From: an uncultured Phycisphaerales bacterium | Lineage (GTDB): Bacteria; Planctomycetota; Phycisphaerae; Tepidisphaerales; Tepidisphaeraceae | Direction: 5' to 3' | DNA length: 64,000 nt | Assembly (NCBI GenBank): GCA_963755915.1 | Contig: CAVWLP010000002.1 | Location: forward strand, 32,001 to 96,000 | Part shown: positions 10,874 through 21,546 of the stretch, piece by piece | How the letters are laid out: every line of letters begins with the position of its first letter | Numbering within the stretch: the first letter of the stretch is position 1 | The notes under the pieces: generated by a model | The model's database searches: none | Told to the model about the DNA's origin: nothing | What the model saw: only the letters and a program-made list of their open reading frames with translations | Program-made: the position numbers and the translations under genes

Positions 10874-13214
10874 GTGAGCACTCGATTCTTTACGTCACGC
10901 TATTGTGCTTTGTTGTGCCTCTTGCTCATTCTGAGCTTCGTGTGTATTGGCACGCATGCTCAGGCCCAGTACAGCAACCTCCCCAAATCCACAATTGCTA
11001 GAACAATTGCAGACTTCAAGCAGGCGACACTCAACAAGATCGCAGTAGGCAAGGGCGTGACCATCAAGCGGATTGATGATAACACGCTCGAAGTGCGAAT
11101 AGCTCCCTTCAGCGAGCACCACAATCAGTGGCCGATGATTGCATTCGGGTCAAATTTCTTTGGGGAGCCAGTCAGTCTCGCTGAATTTTCACGTATCGGT
11201 TTCCGGTTAGAACAGCAATCTGAGGGAGTGCTTGCAGGGGAGGTCGGAATTACTACCTCGCCGGATGCAACCCGCGATGTTGATGAGCAGGAATTCATGG
11301 TCCCCGGCGACAGCACGACGACGATCAAACTGGGACTGAAGGCATTGAAGTTCAATGATTCCTCTGAAATCTCGGTAATTCAGATTGTCTTTCGCCCGCG
11401 CAAACGGAAACGGTGCTGCGACTTTCGGCTATCACCGGGGTGTATGATCCGGCCATCGGCTCGCCAGCGGATGATCTGCAAAACCGCGTGCAAGCTGCAA
11501 ACGCAATTTTTGCGAAGTTGAAAGAGACAAATGATTCGCCGCAACTAGCCGAGCTCGGCGAAAAGCTTGATGCGCTCAATGCGGAAGTGATGAGCGCACG
11601 TCAGACTCAGTTTCTCCGGTCGTTGCGAAGCCTGTCGAGGAAGACGGAAGAAGTTGAAGGACTGATTGGACGACTGAGGTTTGCATCCGGGCCGATCTGG
11701 GTTTGGCAGGCGGATCGGTACTCGCCGATCATCAGGAAAACCGGTCCGGGGCTTCAGGACGATGCGATGAAGCAGGTCTCGTTGTCGATGGCTGAAAATG
11801 AGTTCCGCGACATCGTGTTCTCCATAAGCGCACCGGAAAGTGATCTGTCGCTAACGCTGGCGGTAAATCCAACGGGCGAGAATAGCTTGCCCGGAAATGC
11901 CGTTGAAATTAGCGAAGTGGAATACCGCAATAACCGTCGGGGAGAACAAACCGGAGACGCGCTGCTGCTGGTGAATGGCCCGGTGGTAATTCCGCAGGGG
12001 GAAAGCAGGCAATTCTGGGTGCGCTTCAACACCCGCACGGCTGCCGTGGTGCCTGGCATATACGCGTTTGAACTGGAAATCAGCGATCCATCGCGTCAAT
12101 TGCGGATGGCTTATCCTGGTACTCTGGAGGTATGGAACTTCTCACTTCCCAGCTACGACGTGCTTCCGAATAACAGCTATGCTGAGTTTTCCTCATCCAG
12201 CAGTTTTTCCAGCGGCGAAGAATTCAAGCAGGCCGTTCAGGACATGAAGCTGTATGGTCTGAACCAGATCTTCGTGCATCCTGTCGAACTGCCCAGGCCA
12301 ACCGGGATCGACGAAAGGGGGAAAATCACCGGATATGACGATGCCGCGATCCGAACACGCATCACCGAGGCAATGGCGGCGTGGAAAGGTGCTCCCGGAG
12401 AAGAGACTCTTCACTTCATCTTTTCCTTATCCGGCTTCCAAGAACTCGGTCTTAAACGAGATGGATACGCATTTCCCAACGACCAATGGAAAGCAGTATT
12501 CGCACAATGGCTTGATCATCTCAAAGCGGTGATCTCGGAAGCGGGGCTTGGGTACGACCAGTGGATGCTGGTGCTTGGTGATGAAGCGGATGAGGCGGCT
12601 TTGATGCAGGTGGAAATCCCGCTGGCTGAAGTGATTAAGAGCCTTGATCCCTCGATCCGAATCACCTGCAACAGCAGCACGATATTAAACGATGAAAGGT
12701 GGACGAGGCGATACTTCGCTGCGTTTGACGTCTTTCAGCCATGCCTTTGGAGGGATGAGACACTTGCCTGGCTTCGAAAGAGCGGCAAGCCACTGTGGGT
12801 TTACCAGTGCGATTGCGATCTCGGTTTCTCAGGACGCGATCTCTATACCTATTACCGTGTCTATGGATGGGATCTTCTGGATAAGGGATTCACTGGAACT
12901 GGGCTTTGGACCTACTGGCGCAGGAGCCCTCCTCGTGGGACGAGCCCGGCCAAGGATGCCTGTTGATCTATCACCATCCGCAGCGAGGCTTGGTGCATTC
13001 ACCGCGGTATGAAATGTTTCGTGAAGGCGCAGATGACTTTCGGTATGTGCAGGCGCTGCGACTCGCTGCGGAAAAGAAGGGGCCCGACGCAGCCGCGCAT
13101 GCCGAGGCGTTGATTGCAGAAGCTGTAAAGGATGTGACAACCAACCGCCAGGACCGAAGCCGCTGCGAGACTTGGCGGATTCGCATCGCCAAGGAAATCC
13201 TCTCGATACAATAG
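10874..13214 (+). CDS. Secreted GH123/DUF4091-like glycoside hydrolase, frameshifts near 11405 and 12920
   Basis: Signal peptide, MAENEFR, GESRQFWV...PGIYAFEL, GDEAD, C-terminal SPRYEMFREGADDFRYV (DUF4091 signature) across three overlapping ORFs. Confidence 0.7.
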
Positions 13215-13249
13215 ACAGCCTGAATACAGTCCATTTATTCGATCCATTT

Positions 13250-14908
13250 ATGAAACACAATGCGCGAGCCATCGTCTCCAAACTCACAAAGTCAGGCCGT
13301 ATTCCCCGCATCATTTACAACGACGACAGTGTCACGCTGCGTAACGCGCCGCCGCCACATACGCTCGAGTCGCTTGCGTGCGCGCTGGATTATCTGAAGG
13401 GAACGCAGGTGGACTGCTTTTGCTGGTGCGTGGGTACGCAGATAGCCTATTCCTGGCCATCCAAGGTGATGGAGAACGGCTACGAGATGCATGACAAGGG
13501 GATGGACCCTATGTCAGCCTGGGAGACCAAAGAGCGCGACGTCATGTACAGCCTTTATAAGAAAGGCATTGAATATCTGCCGCCGTTTATCGAGCGTGCG
13601 CACAGGCAGGGATTGATGTTTGTCCCCAGCTTTCGCATGAATGACACGCACGTGAAGTCTTATCCCAACAGTGTGCTGACGTCTGATTTCTGGAAGACAC
13701 ATCAGAATTACCGGATTTGGGACGCAACCGACGCCAAAGGCTATTACAACGCGGCGATGGATTATTCGTTTCCCGAGGTGCGGAATCGGTATCGCGATGC
13801 CATTCTGGAGGTCGCTGAGAATTACGATGTCGATGGCATCGAACTGGATTTTTCCCGCACGCCATACATCTTCCAGCCGTCAGAGGCATGGCAGAATCGA
13901 TCCATTCTTACTCGATTTGTTCGGGATGTCCGCGAAAGGCTTGAGCGTATTGGCACGCGTCGAAAGAAGCCGTTCGCTCTGGTTCTGCGAATTCCCAGCC
14001 GTGAGCGCGTGCTGAAAACGGCGGGAATCGATGCAGTTCAGTGGATCAAGGAGGGACTGCCGACGATCCTTGTAATCACCGAAATGCTGATCAATCTGAA
14101 CCAGCGTATTGAGCCGTGGCGCTCGTTATGTCGCGATGCAGGCGTCCTGCTATATCCATCAGTGGAAGGCGCCGTTTCGTACAATCGCGTGGAATTTTAC
14201 TCGACGCTTCTGCAAAGTCCGATTGCTCCCCGCCACGATGGTTGGGCTTTCGCGGGCACACGCGACGACGAGTTGCGCATGCAGCGTGCGGCAGCCCAAA
14301 ACTTTCTGGCACAGGATCCCGATGGCATCTACATGTTTAACTTTCCCTGCAGGCTCGCAGAGGGGAAAAACATCATGCACACGGATCCCGCTGAGTTTGC
14401 ACGTGTCACCGCAGTGTTGCGCGAGATGGGAAGCGAGAAGACCATCGCTCGCAAGCCGCGCTATTACACATTCTTCCAGGACCTTCCCATTTATGTCGAA
14501 GCGAACCGTCCGCGAAAGTTCCATCAGACCATTGAGTTTGACATTCGCGGGAAGGATCTTGCGCGCGCGAATGTGACATTGAGCTTTCGGCAGATCGCCG
14601 AGAAGAATCCTCATGCTGCCGAGAAGTTCCGACAGAATCCGATCGTCAAACCAGGCAGGTTGAAGTACTTCCTTAACGATCGTGAAATCTCTGAAGGCGA
14701 CTTCACGAGGAAGCGCGCGCCCGCGGGGCGAGTGCCATCGGGATTCACGCTTAAGGCGCACGAGAAACTTGAATTGCAATTCTCCGGCCGCCAGCTTCGA
14801 GATGGCATTAATACGCTTTCGTTCGAAATGCCGGGATATCCGCATGAACGCGATCCCTATGTTTTTATCTACGACCTTGAGGCCAAACTGACGTTTGACG
14901 ATCAGTGA
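13250..14908 (+). CDS. Glycoside-hydrolase-like family 10 (GHL10/DUF187-like) protein
   Basis: RIIYNDD, FVPSFRMNDTH, MDYSFPEVR...NYDVDGIELDFSR, DGIYMFNF. Confidence 0.7.
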   Translation: MKHNARAIVSKLTKSGRIPRIIYNDDSVTLRNAPPPHTLESLACALDYLKGTQVDCFCWCVGTQIAYSWPSKVMENGYEMHDKGMDPMSAWETKERDVMYSLYKKGIEYLPPFIERAHRQGLMFVPSFRMNDTHVKSYPNSVLTSDFWKTHQNYRIWDATDAKGYYNAAMDYSFPEVRNRYRDAILEVAENYDVDGIELDFSRTPYIFQPSEAWQNRSILTRFVRDVRERLERIGTRRKKPFALVLRIPSRERVLKTAGIDAVQWIKEGLPTILVITEMLINLNQRIEPWRSLCRDAGVLLYPSVEGAVSYNRVEFYSTLLQSPIAPRHDGWAFAGTRDDELRMQRAAAQNFLAQDPDGIYMFNFPCRLAEGKNIMHTDPAEFARVTAVLREMGSEKTIARKPRYYTFFQDLPIYVEANRPRKFHQTIEFDIRGKDLARANVTLSFRQIAEKNPHAAEKFRQNPIVKPGRLKYFLNDREISEGDFTRKRAPAGRVPSGFTLKAHEKLELQFSGRQLRDGINTLSFEMPGYPHERDPYVFIYDLEAKLTFDDQ

Positions 14909-16220
14909 AGACGCACAGGTGGTCAAGAAAATGATTACCGCCCCCAATCGCCCAGCCGACGCAAACCTGGATGAGTCAAAGCCGCGCGCCCGCGTTCGTG
15001 CCCACAAACTCCGTGATATTCAACTGCACGGCTGGCATGAGAAGATCGTTGGGCGCTGGCACTATCGCGATCTGGCTGCCGACCCGGAGTGGTTCAACGG
15101 GTGGATTAGTTTTGACAGTCTCTGCTGGGACAATGAACGCACGACCCTTTTTTGCGGGCTCAATAGCCTCGATGGCGATTTGCTTTATCGCTTTGACCCT
15201 GGCACGGATCGATTTACAAGCTGCGGATCGCGGCGATGGGCTGACGCATTTGACAGCAAGATTCATCGCGGTCTGCTGAAGAATCCAAATGACGGCAAGC
15301 TGTACTTTGGCACAAGCCTTTTGCACGACGCCGATCAGCAGCACGAGGCGCCTGGCGGCAAGCTCGTTTCATATGACCCTGACAGTGAGTCGTTTGAAGT
15401 TCTTGGTATCCCCGAGCCTCACCTTTACATTCAGTCGATCGCTGCCGATTGGTCGCGCGGAATCCTTTACGCGTTCACATATCCTGCCGAGTTCGTGGTG
15501 CGGTTTGATCTCAGGACGCGAAAGGCTCGGCGGCTTGCCTACCTCGGCAATGCGATCAGTTTTGCCCAGCCGCACAACGCTGTGGTCGATCGCAACGGGA
15601 TGCTCTGGGGCACTTACGCCGAAACCCGCGCATGGGACGAAGTGCCGGGTCAACACCCGATCTGCCTCTTCAAATATGATCCAGACAGAGATCGCGTGAT
15701 TTGGTATCGGCATGGTCTTAGTCGCCGGTCCGACACTGCGCAGCTTGTTGCTGATCCAGTGCCGCGATTCATCGCGATACCAGACGCCAGCGTTACACGG
15801 CACAAGGAGGACTACGGTTTTTGCGACTCCATGGCATATGATGGCGGCCAGCACATCTATGCGGGAACCGTTGCCGGCGTGCTGTGCCGAATTGACATCG
15901 ATACTGCAACTGTTGATAAGGTTTCGCTGGTAAGCCCGTCTGGTCGCTTGCCAGCGCTGTCGATTCAAGACGGCGTACTTTACGCGGCTGGTGGCGTAAA
16001 GGGGCAGACGCAGGCGAGCCGGTGGAGGATCGGTTCAGCAACCGTCGAAGATCTCGGTGATTTAGTTGATTCGACTTCCGGTGATCGCCCCGCGCGAATC
16101 CACGACCTCGCGGTTGACGCAAACGGTTGTATCTATCTGGCCGAAAACGATCACCACGGCCGCTCCAGCTACCTCTGGTCGCTTGAACCGCTGCAACCGA
16201 AGACCAATAGCCATGAGTAA
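14895..16220 (+). CDS. Beta-propeller hypothetical protein
   Basis: Repeating D.../G.LY.GT blades (DGKLYFGT, GMLWGT, QHIYAGT, GCIYLAE). Translationally coupled within the operon. Confidence 0.65.
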   Translation: MTISEDAQVVKKMITAPNRPADANLDESKPRARVRAHKLRDIQLHGWHEKIVGRWHYRDLAADPEWFNGWISFDSLCWDNERTTLFCGLNSLDGDLLYRFDPGTDRFTSCGSRRWADAFDSKIHRGLLKNPNDGKLYFGTSLLHDADQQHEAPGGKLVSYDPDSESFEVLGIPEPHLYIQSIAADWSRGILYAFTYPAEFVVRFDLRTRKARRLAYLGNAISFAQPHNAVVDRNGMLWGTYAETRAWDEVPGQHPICLFKYDPDRDRVIWYRHGLSRRSDTAQLVADPVPRFIAIPDASVTRHKEDYGFCDSMAYDGGQHIYAGTVAGVLCRIDIDTATVDKVSLVSPSGRLPALSIQDGVLYAAGGVKGQTQASRWRIGSATVEDLGDLVDSTSGDRPARIHDLAVDANGCIYLAENDHHGRSSYLWSLEPLQPKTNSHE

Positions 16221-18093
16221 GTCTTTCAGTCCAGATCAAAGCGCAGCACTGTGGGCAGCGACGTTACAGCGGCAGACGCTGAATGGTGGTGCGGATGACA
16301 ATGTCCGCGCGTACTTACGCACAATGTTTTTGCCGTTTACGGCACCAGATGACGCGCGCGCATGGCAGGAGGAGATTCCGCGACTTCGCCAGCGGGCACT
16401 GGATGAGATTTATCTTCGAGGTTTTTCAGAAGAACTAATCAACGCGCCCCTACGCGTAGTCTGGGGAGAAACACTTCAGCCCGATTCAAGTTATCGCATT
16501 CGCAAGCTGCGATACGAGATCTATCCTAATTATTGGATCCCATCACTACTTTACGAACCGGCGAACCTGACTCGATCCGTGCCGGTGATGCTAAATCCCA
16601 ACGGACACCATTGGGGTGGCAAGGCCGTCACGTATAAGCAAGCTCGTTGCGTGAATCTCGCGCGACGCGATGTGATAGCACTCAACATGGAATTCATCGG
16701 AATGGGTGAGCTCCAAGCCGATGTCCATCACGACAACATTGCACATGTCAACTTGACCGGTCTTGCAGGTGTGGGCTTGTTCTACCTGGCACTGAAAAAA
16801 GCGATTGACTTGGCACTTAGTCATCCGTTTGTGGATCCAACCCGTGTCGGCATCACCGGACTATCAGGCGGAGGATGGCAGACGATTATCCTTGCGGCAC
16901 TGGATGAACGCATCACGCTTGCGGCTCCGGTTTCCGGCTATACGACTGTTTCATCACGGATTGATGTCATCAATGATATTGGTGACCTTGAACAAGCACC
17001 GCCGGATATGACCACTGTGCTCGACTACTCGCACCTGACAGCAATGTGTGCGCCGCGACCGTTTCTCAGCGTACTGAATGAGTACGACGACATATTCCGC
17101 ACTGACCGCACGCGTTTTGCGATTTATGATTCTATCAAGCCGACATATCAGGCGTTCCAAGCCGAAGCGCAGTTCGAGTTTTATAGTAGTCGTGATCCCG
17201 GCACGCATTGCTATGACGCGGATATCCGTCGCCGGCTTTACGAGTTTCTTGCCAAGCACTGGGATGTGAAGGGCTCCTTGCGGGATGTCCATCGCGAAGA
17301 TGAAATTCTGCCTGAATCATTGTTGAATGTCGGATTGCCGGCTGAGCAGACGAACTTGCTGGAGATTGCGCGGAGTCGCGCCAGGAAATTGGCAGTCAGG
17401 CGGGAATCTCCTCGGACAGCCGCAGATCGACAAGCGTTGCGCGAGCGTATTGCGCAAGCGATTCGGTTGCCTCAGTTTGATGTCGCTCAGTTGCTGCAGC
17501 ATCAGCACAAAGATTTTGTAGGAAGCGAAATCTTGCATATCGGGCCCTTCGAAGTGCCGTTTTCCTGGAAATGTGAATCTGCGGAAGCAGCGGCAACGCT
17601 GATTATCGACGACGCCGGGCGTGCCGGGCATCAGCCTGATGCAAAACCTTGTTTGACGTGTCTCGTTCCCTATCCAGCAAACGCATTTATTCCCGACATT
17701 CTCGGTTTCGGTGAGAATCGAGCCAATGATCGCTTGCTGATGGTTATTGAGACGGTTGGCCAGCGGCTGCTAGGTATACAGGTTGCACAGATTCATGCCT
17801 GTGCGGAACGAGCTCGACAGTTGACGGGAGCATTGCGAATACAGCTTGCGTCAGTTGGTCCCGCTTCCTCGTTGGCGTCCCTCATTGCCGCCGGACTCCG
17901 TCCTGACCTATTTGAGTCACTTAATGTCATGCTGGGACTGACGACTATCTCCCATCTGAGTGAGTGGGGTGAGCGATGGGAACGTTTTCCGTCGATGTTC
18001 TGCTTCGGGCTACTTGAAGTATGCGACGTGCCACAGTTGGCCTTACTGCTGGAAAATGTGCGGGATGTTCAGGCATTCAGGCACGTAAAATGA
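16213..18093 (+). CDS. Alpha/beta-hydrolase, acetylxylan-esterase-like carbohydrate esterase
   Basis: LNPNGHH, VDPTRVGITGLSGGGWQT nucleophile elbow, AMCAPRP, GTHCYD. Confidence 0.8.
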   Translation: MSKSFSPDQSAALWAATLQRQTLNGGADDNVRAYLRTMFLPFTAPDDARAWQEEIPRLRQRALDEIYLRGFSEELINAPLRVVWGETLQPDSSYRIRKLRYEIYPNYWIPSLLYEPANLTRSVPVMLNPNGHHWGGKAVTYKQARCVNLARRDVIALNMEFIGMGELQADVHHDNIAHVNLTGLAGVGLFYLALKKAIDLALSHPFVDPTRVGITGLSGGGWQTIILAALDERITLAAPVSGYTTVSSRIDVINDIGDLEQAPPDMTTVLDYSHLTAMCAPRPFLSVLNEYDDIFRTDRTRFAIYDSIKPTYQAFQAEAQFEFYSSRDPGTHCYDADIRRRLYEFLAKHWDVKGSLRDVHREDEILPESLLNVGLPAEQTNLLEIARSRARKLAVRRESPRTAADRQALRERIAQAIRLPQFDVAQLLQHQHKDFVGSEILHIGPFEVPFSWKCESAEAAATLIIDDAGRAGHQPDAKPCLTCLVPYPANAFIPDILGFGENRANDRLLMVIETVGQRLLGIQVAQIHACAERARQLTGALRIQLASVGPASSLASLIAAGLRPDLFESLNVMLGLTTISHLSEWGERWERFPSMFCFGLLEVCDVPQLALLLENVRDVQAFRHVK

Positions 18094-18400
18094 TCCTCGG
18101 AGCCAACATTCCTCCTTTCGAATATCAGGGTAAGACTGCCTGCCGGGTACTTGTCTGGACAAACGATGGTGGAAAGACTCAAGTTATATCCCATCTATCT
18201 CGGTATACACCCCTCGGTCGTCAGAGACTTCTCGAACAAAGGCGAAAGAACGCGACTCCAGATGGCGATGTTGTTACTGCTTTGAATGAGTCAGTAGCCA
18301 AGCGCTCCGGAGAACCCGATACCGCCTGGACTCGATCATCTGACCCAAGATTTCGGGCGGTCACTGCTGCACGTCGCAATTCGTCAGCGTGGACTTATTC
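18090..18400 (+). pseudogene. 5'-truncated paralogue of the small membrane protein at 47344-47844
   Basis: IPPFEYQGKTACRVLVWTNDGGKTQVISHLSRYT...KRSGEPDTAWTRSSDPR aligns with IPPFDHGGRPAYRCYVYTTDGGKTMFVLYLERYT...KRAGAPDTAWVKKVDPR but lacks the N-terminal TM helix. Confidence 0.7.
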
Positions 18401-18433
18401 AATAACCATTTACTCACCAGAGACAACTTCATC

Positions 18434-19738
18434 ATGAACAATAACGCCATTTATCAGCGGGCCAAGACCCTCATCCCCGGCGGAACGCACCTATTGGGCA
18501 AGCGTCCTGAAATGTACGCTCCCGACCAGTGGCCACCCTATTACAAGTCAGCAAGTGGCTGCCAAGTAATTGACCTGGATGATCGCCGCTACCTGGACTT
18601 TGCGACGGTTGGCATCGGCTCCTGTCTGTTGGGTTTTGCGCATCCGGCCGTTACCGCAGCGGTTGTCGAACGGGTCAAGACCGGATCAATGTCTTCGCTG
18701 AACTGCCCCGAAGAAGTCGAACTGGCGGAGATGCTGATCGCCATGCATCCCTGGGCCCAGCAGATGCGCATGCGCGCACCGGCGGTGAGGCCATGGCAGT
18801 GGCGGTTCGTATCCTGCGCAGCCACGAGGCGCGATGTAATCGCATTCTGCGGCTATCATGGCTGGTCCGATTGGTACCTCGCCGCGAACCTCAACGCTGA
18901 CAGCGCGTTGGACGGCCACCTCTTGCCAGGACTTAGCCCGGCCGGCGTACCCCGCGGCCTCCGTGATACCGCGCTGCCTTTCACCTACAACAAAATCGAA
19001 GAACTTCAACGCATCGTCGACGCGTACGGCGAGCGACTGGCCGCCGTCGTCATGGAACCGACGAGAATCCTATCGCCGCAACCGGGATTTCTTGAAGCGG
19101 TTAGCGATCTCTGTCGTCGCTGTGGCGCACGACTGGCCTTCGATGAAATAACGACCGGATTCCGGCTTCACCGGGGCGGGGTTCACATGAAGTACGGCAT
19201 CGAGCCTGACATGGCGATTTTTGCCAAGGCGCTGGGCAATGGACACCCGATCGCCGCGATCATCGGCAAAGAGCCAACCATGCGGGCCGTCCAAGATACA
19301 TTTATGACCAGTACCTACTGGACTGAGGGCGTCGGCCCCACGGCCGCCATCGCAACATTGCGGCAGATGAACCAGGTCGATCTGCCGTCACACCTTGCAC
19401 ACATCGGCAGTAGGTTCCGCGAAGGTTTGACCCGACTCGCAAGCAAATATGGCGTCGCGCTGAGTCTCACCGGGCACGCGGCTTTGACCTATCTCAACTT
19501 TGACCATCCGCAGTCCGATGCGCTCATGACGTTGTATACCGTGCGAATGCTGCACAAAGGTTTCCTCACCGGCGCACAGTTCTACCCGACGCTCGCGCAT
19601 CAATCGCATCACGTCGATGAATACCTTACGGCCGCCGATGCCGTCGTCTCCGAATTGGCCAATGCGGTTAAAAAGGACGATATAGCCGAACGTATCGGCG
19701 GGCCAATCAAACATCGCGGTTTCACACGTCTGGCGTGA
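18434..19738 (+). CDS. Class III PLP aminotransferase (GSA-aminomutase-like)
   Basis: YLDFATVGIGSCLLGFAHP, CGYHGWSDW, FDEITTGFR, FAKALGNGHP, TSTYW. The conserved RTGGEAMAVAVRI segment lies in an alternate frame at about 18770-18815 (compensating indels). Confidence 0.88.
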   Translation: MNNNAIYQRAKTLIPGGTHLLGKRPEMYAPDQWPPYYKSASGCQVIDLDDRRYLDFATVGIGSCLLGFAHPAVTAAVVERVKTGSMSSLNCPEEVELAEMLIAMHPWAQQMRMRAPAVRPWQWRFVSCAATRRDVIAFCGYHGWSDWYLAANLNADSALDGHLLPGLSPAGVPRGLRDTALPFTYNKIEELQRIVDAYGERLAAVVMEPTRILSPQPGFLEAVSDLCRRCGARLAFDEITTGFRLHRGGVHMKYGIEPDMAIFAKALGNGHPIAAIIGKEPTMRAVQDTFMTSTYWTEGVGPTAAIATLRQMNQVDLPSHLAHIGSRFREGLTRLASKYGVALSLTGHAALTYLNFDHPQSDALMTLYTVRMLHKGFLTGAQFYPTLAHQSHHVDEYLTAADAVVSELANAVKKDDIAERIGGPIKHRGFTRLA

Positions 19739-19786
19739 CGCGTTGCAAAAACACCTGCACGAATATCTCGAAAACAGGGAGCTTTC

Positions 19787-20836
19787 ATGGTTGCTAAAAA
19801 CCTCCGAGTGCTGCAAATCGGAGCAGGATCAATGGGCAAACGCCGGCTGCGCGATCTCAAGGATCGCCAAGATGTCGATCTGGCGCTGTTGGATACTCGC
19901 GCCGACCGCCGCCAACAAGCTCATTTGTTGAATTCGAAGCTCGCTATCTTTTCCGATCTTGATGAAGCGCTGCGCTGGGAACCGGACGCGATGATAATTT
20001 CCACGCCACCGCAGTCACATGCTGAATACGTGCAGTTGGCATTGCGGCGAGGGCTGCACCATTTCTGCGAAGCGAATATCTGGACAATCGATCCGGAACT
20101 GGTTCAACAGCAATCCGAACCCAAATCGCTAGTTAGCGCACCGTCATCTTCGCTCTGCTTTTTGCCTGCGGTTGAGGAATTAGCGCGACTGGTGAGGGAA
20201 GAATTGGGTCATTTGCACGGATACCAAATGGCGTTGAACACGTACATGCCGGAATGGCACCCGGGGGAAGGCCCGGAGTACTACGCGCGTCATCGTAACA
20301 CCGCCGCTGGGCGGGAAATGGTCCCGTTTGAATTACTATGGCTTAATCAGGTATTCGGCTTCCCGCAGGAGGTGACGGGGCTGGTCACGAGGGGCGGCAG
20401 ATTACCGGGTCTTGTGGAAGACACCTGGTCCTTAGAGATGCGACTCGAGAGCGGAGTTGCCGGACAACTTATGGTGCTTATGGATTGTCCCGGCTCGCTT
20501 CGGCAAGGTTGGTGCTTTGGCGATGCGGGACAGATAATTTTCGATTTGAATTCGGGAGAAATCCGCCGCGAATTTCGCAAGGGCGCGCGCGACAGCAGAA
20601 ACTTCGGCTCAATTAGCGATGTGCTGGAAGCCATGTACCGTCGTGAAATTAATACATTCATCGAAGCGATACATCACCGCATATCCTGGCCTCTGAGCTA
20701 TCATGCGTCGGCACAGGCCACCGCCACGCTGGCCGCCGCTGAAAGCAGCTCTGAATCAGGCAGCCGTGTGCGCGTGGACGTCGCAGTGCAGCCGAAGGTC
20801 CACTCCGACTCATATCAAAGTCCAACCCCCTCCTGA
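19787..20836 (+). CDS. Gfo/Idh/MocA family oxidoreductase
   Basis: LRVLQIGAGSMGKRR Rossmann motif, ISTPPQSH, HFCEA. Confidence 0.82.
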   Translation: MVAKNLRVLQIGAGSMGKRRLRDLKDRQDVDLALLDTRADRRQQAHLLNSKLAIFSDLDEALRWEPDAMIISTPPQSHAEYVQLALRRGLHHFCEANIWTIDPELVQQQSEPKSLVSAPSSSLCFLPAVEELARLVREELGHLHGYQMALNTYMPEWHPGEGPEYYARHRNTAAGREMVPFELLWLNQVFGFPQEVTGLVTRGGRLPGLVEDTWSLEMRLESGVAGQLMVLMDCPGSLRQGWCFGDAGQIIFDLNSGEIRREFRKGARDSRNFGSISDVLEAMYRREINTFIEAIHHRISWPLSYHASAQATATLAAAESSSESGSRVRVDVAVQPKVHSDSYQSPTPS

Positions 20837-20837
20837 A

Positions 20838-21445
20838 ATGCCATCCGCCCTTGTCGTTATTCTTCGACGGTTCTTGCTTGCAGGGATGGTCGTTGTTACC
20901 CCCTCTTGTGCGTCGTATTCTCGGCCAAGTGAACAGCCCATGCCGCGGGTGAACGTCATCTTCGGTGATTCGACGAGTGCGCAGCGCCCAAATGTGCGGG
21001 TATTTTCCTCAATCCTGCAGAATCGTTTGCGTTCGGCCAGGATTATCAATGCCGGCGCGTCCGGAAACACCACCCGAGATGCGTTGTGCGCTTGAATCGC
21101 GATGTAATCTCCCGGCACCCGGACATCGTAACGATCTTTTTCGGAATTAACGATTCATCAGTTGATGTCTGGATGGGCGCAACGAAGCCACGGGTGTCGC
21201 TAAGGGAATAGCAGCGAAACTTGCGCAGCATGATAGCCGTCGTCCGCGCGGCAGGCGCGATTCCGATTTTGCTCACGCCGAACCCGGTTGCGTGGACGCC
21301 CGAGCTTCGCAAGCTTTATGATCGCCCGCCGTATGAGCCTGAAGAACCCAATGGATGGAATGTCTTGCCAAGACGCTATTGCGACGCCGTTCGGCAAACC
21401 GCCGCTGACGCGTGCCCTGAAATGCCCCAGCCGCTGTCAGGCTAA
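20838..21445 (+). pseudogene. SGNH/GDSL hydrolase, disrupted and C-terminally truncated
   Basis: VIFGDST, INAGASGNTT, FFGINDS, ILLTPNP blocks, with a frameshift near 21090, an in-frame TAG near 21208 and no DxxH block. Confidence 0.7.
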
Positions 21446-21546
21446 CCGGCGGTAGCATGATTCTCGAATAACCATCACCAACGGTGTAGTTAGCGGTTGA
21501 GATAAGGTTTGCCCGACATGCAAAAATATGAGAGGAGATTTTGAGC

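Noticed and set aside
18434-19738. hemL (tetrapyrrole biosynthesis)
   Set aside because: GSA-like family, but the context is sugar catabolism with no hem genes, so no symbol was assigned.
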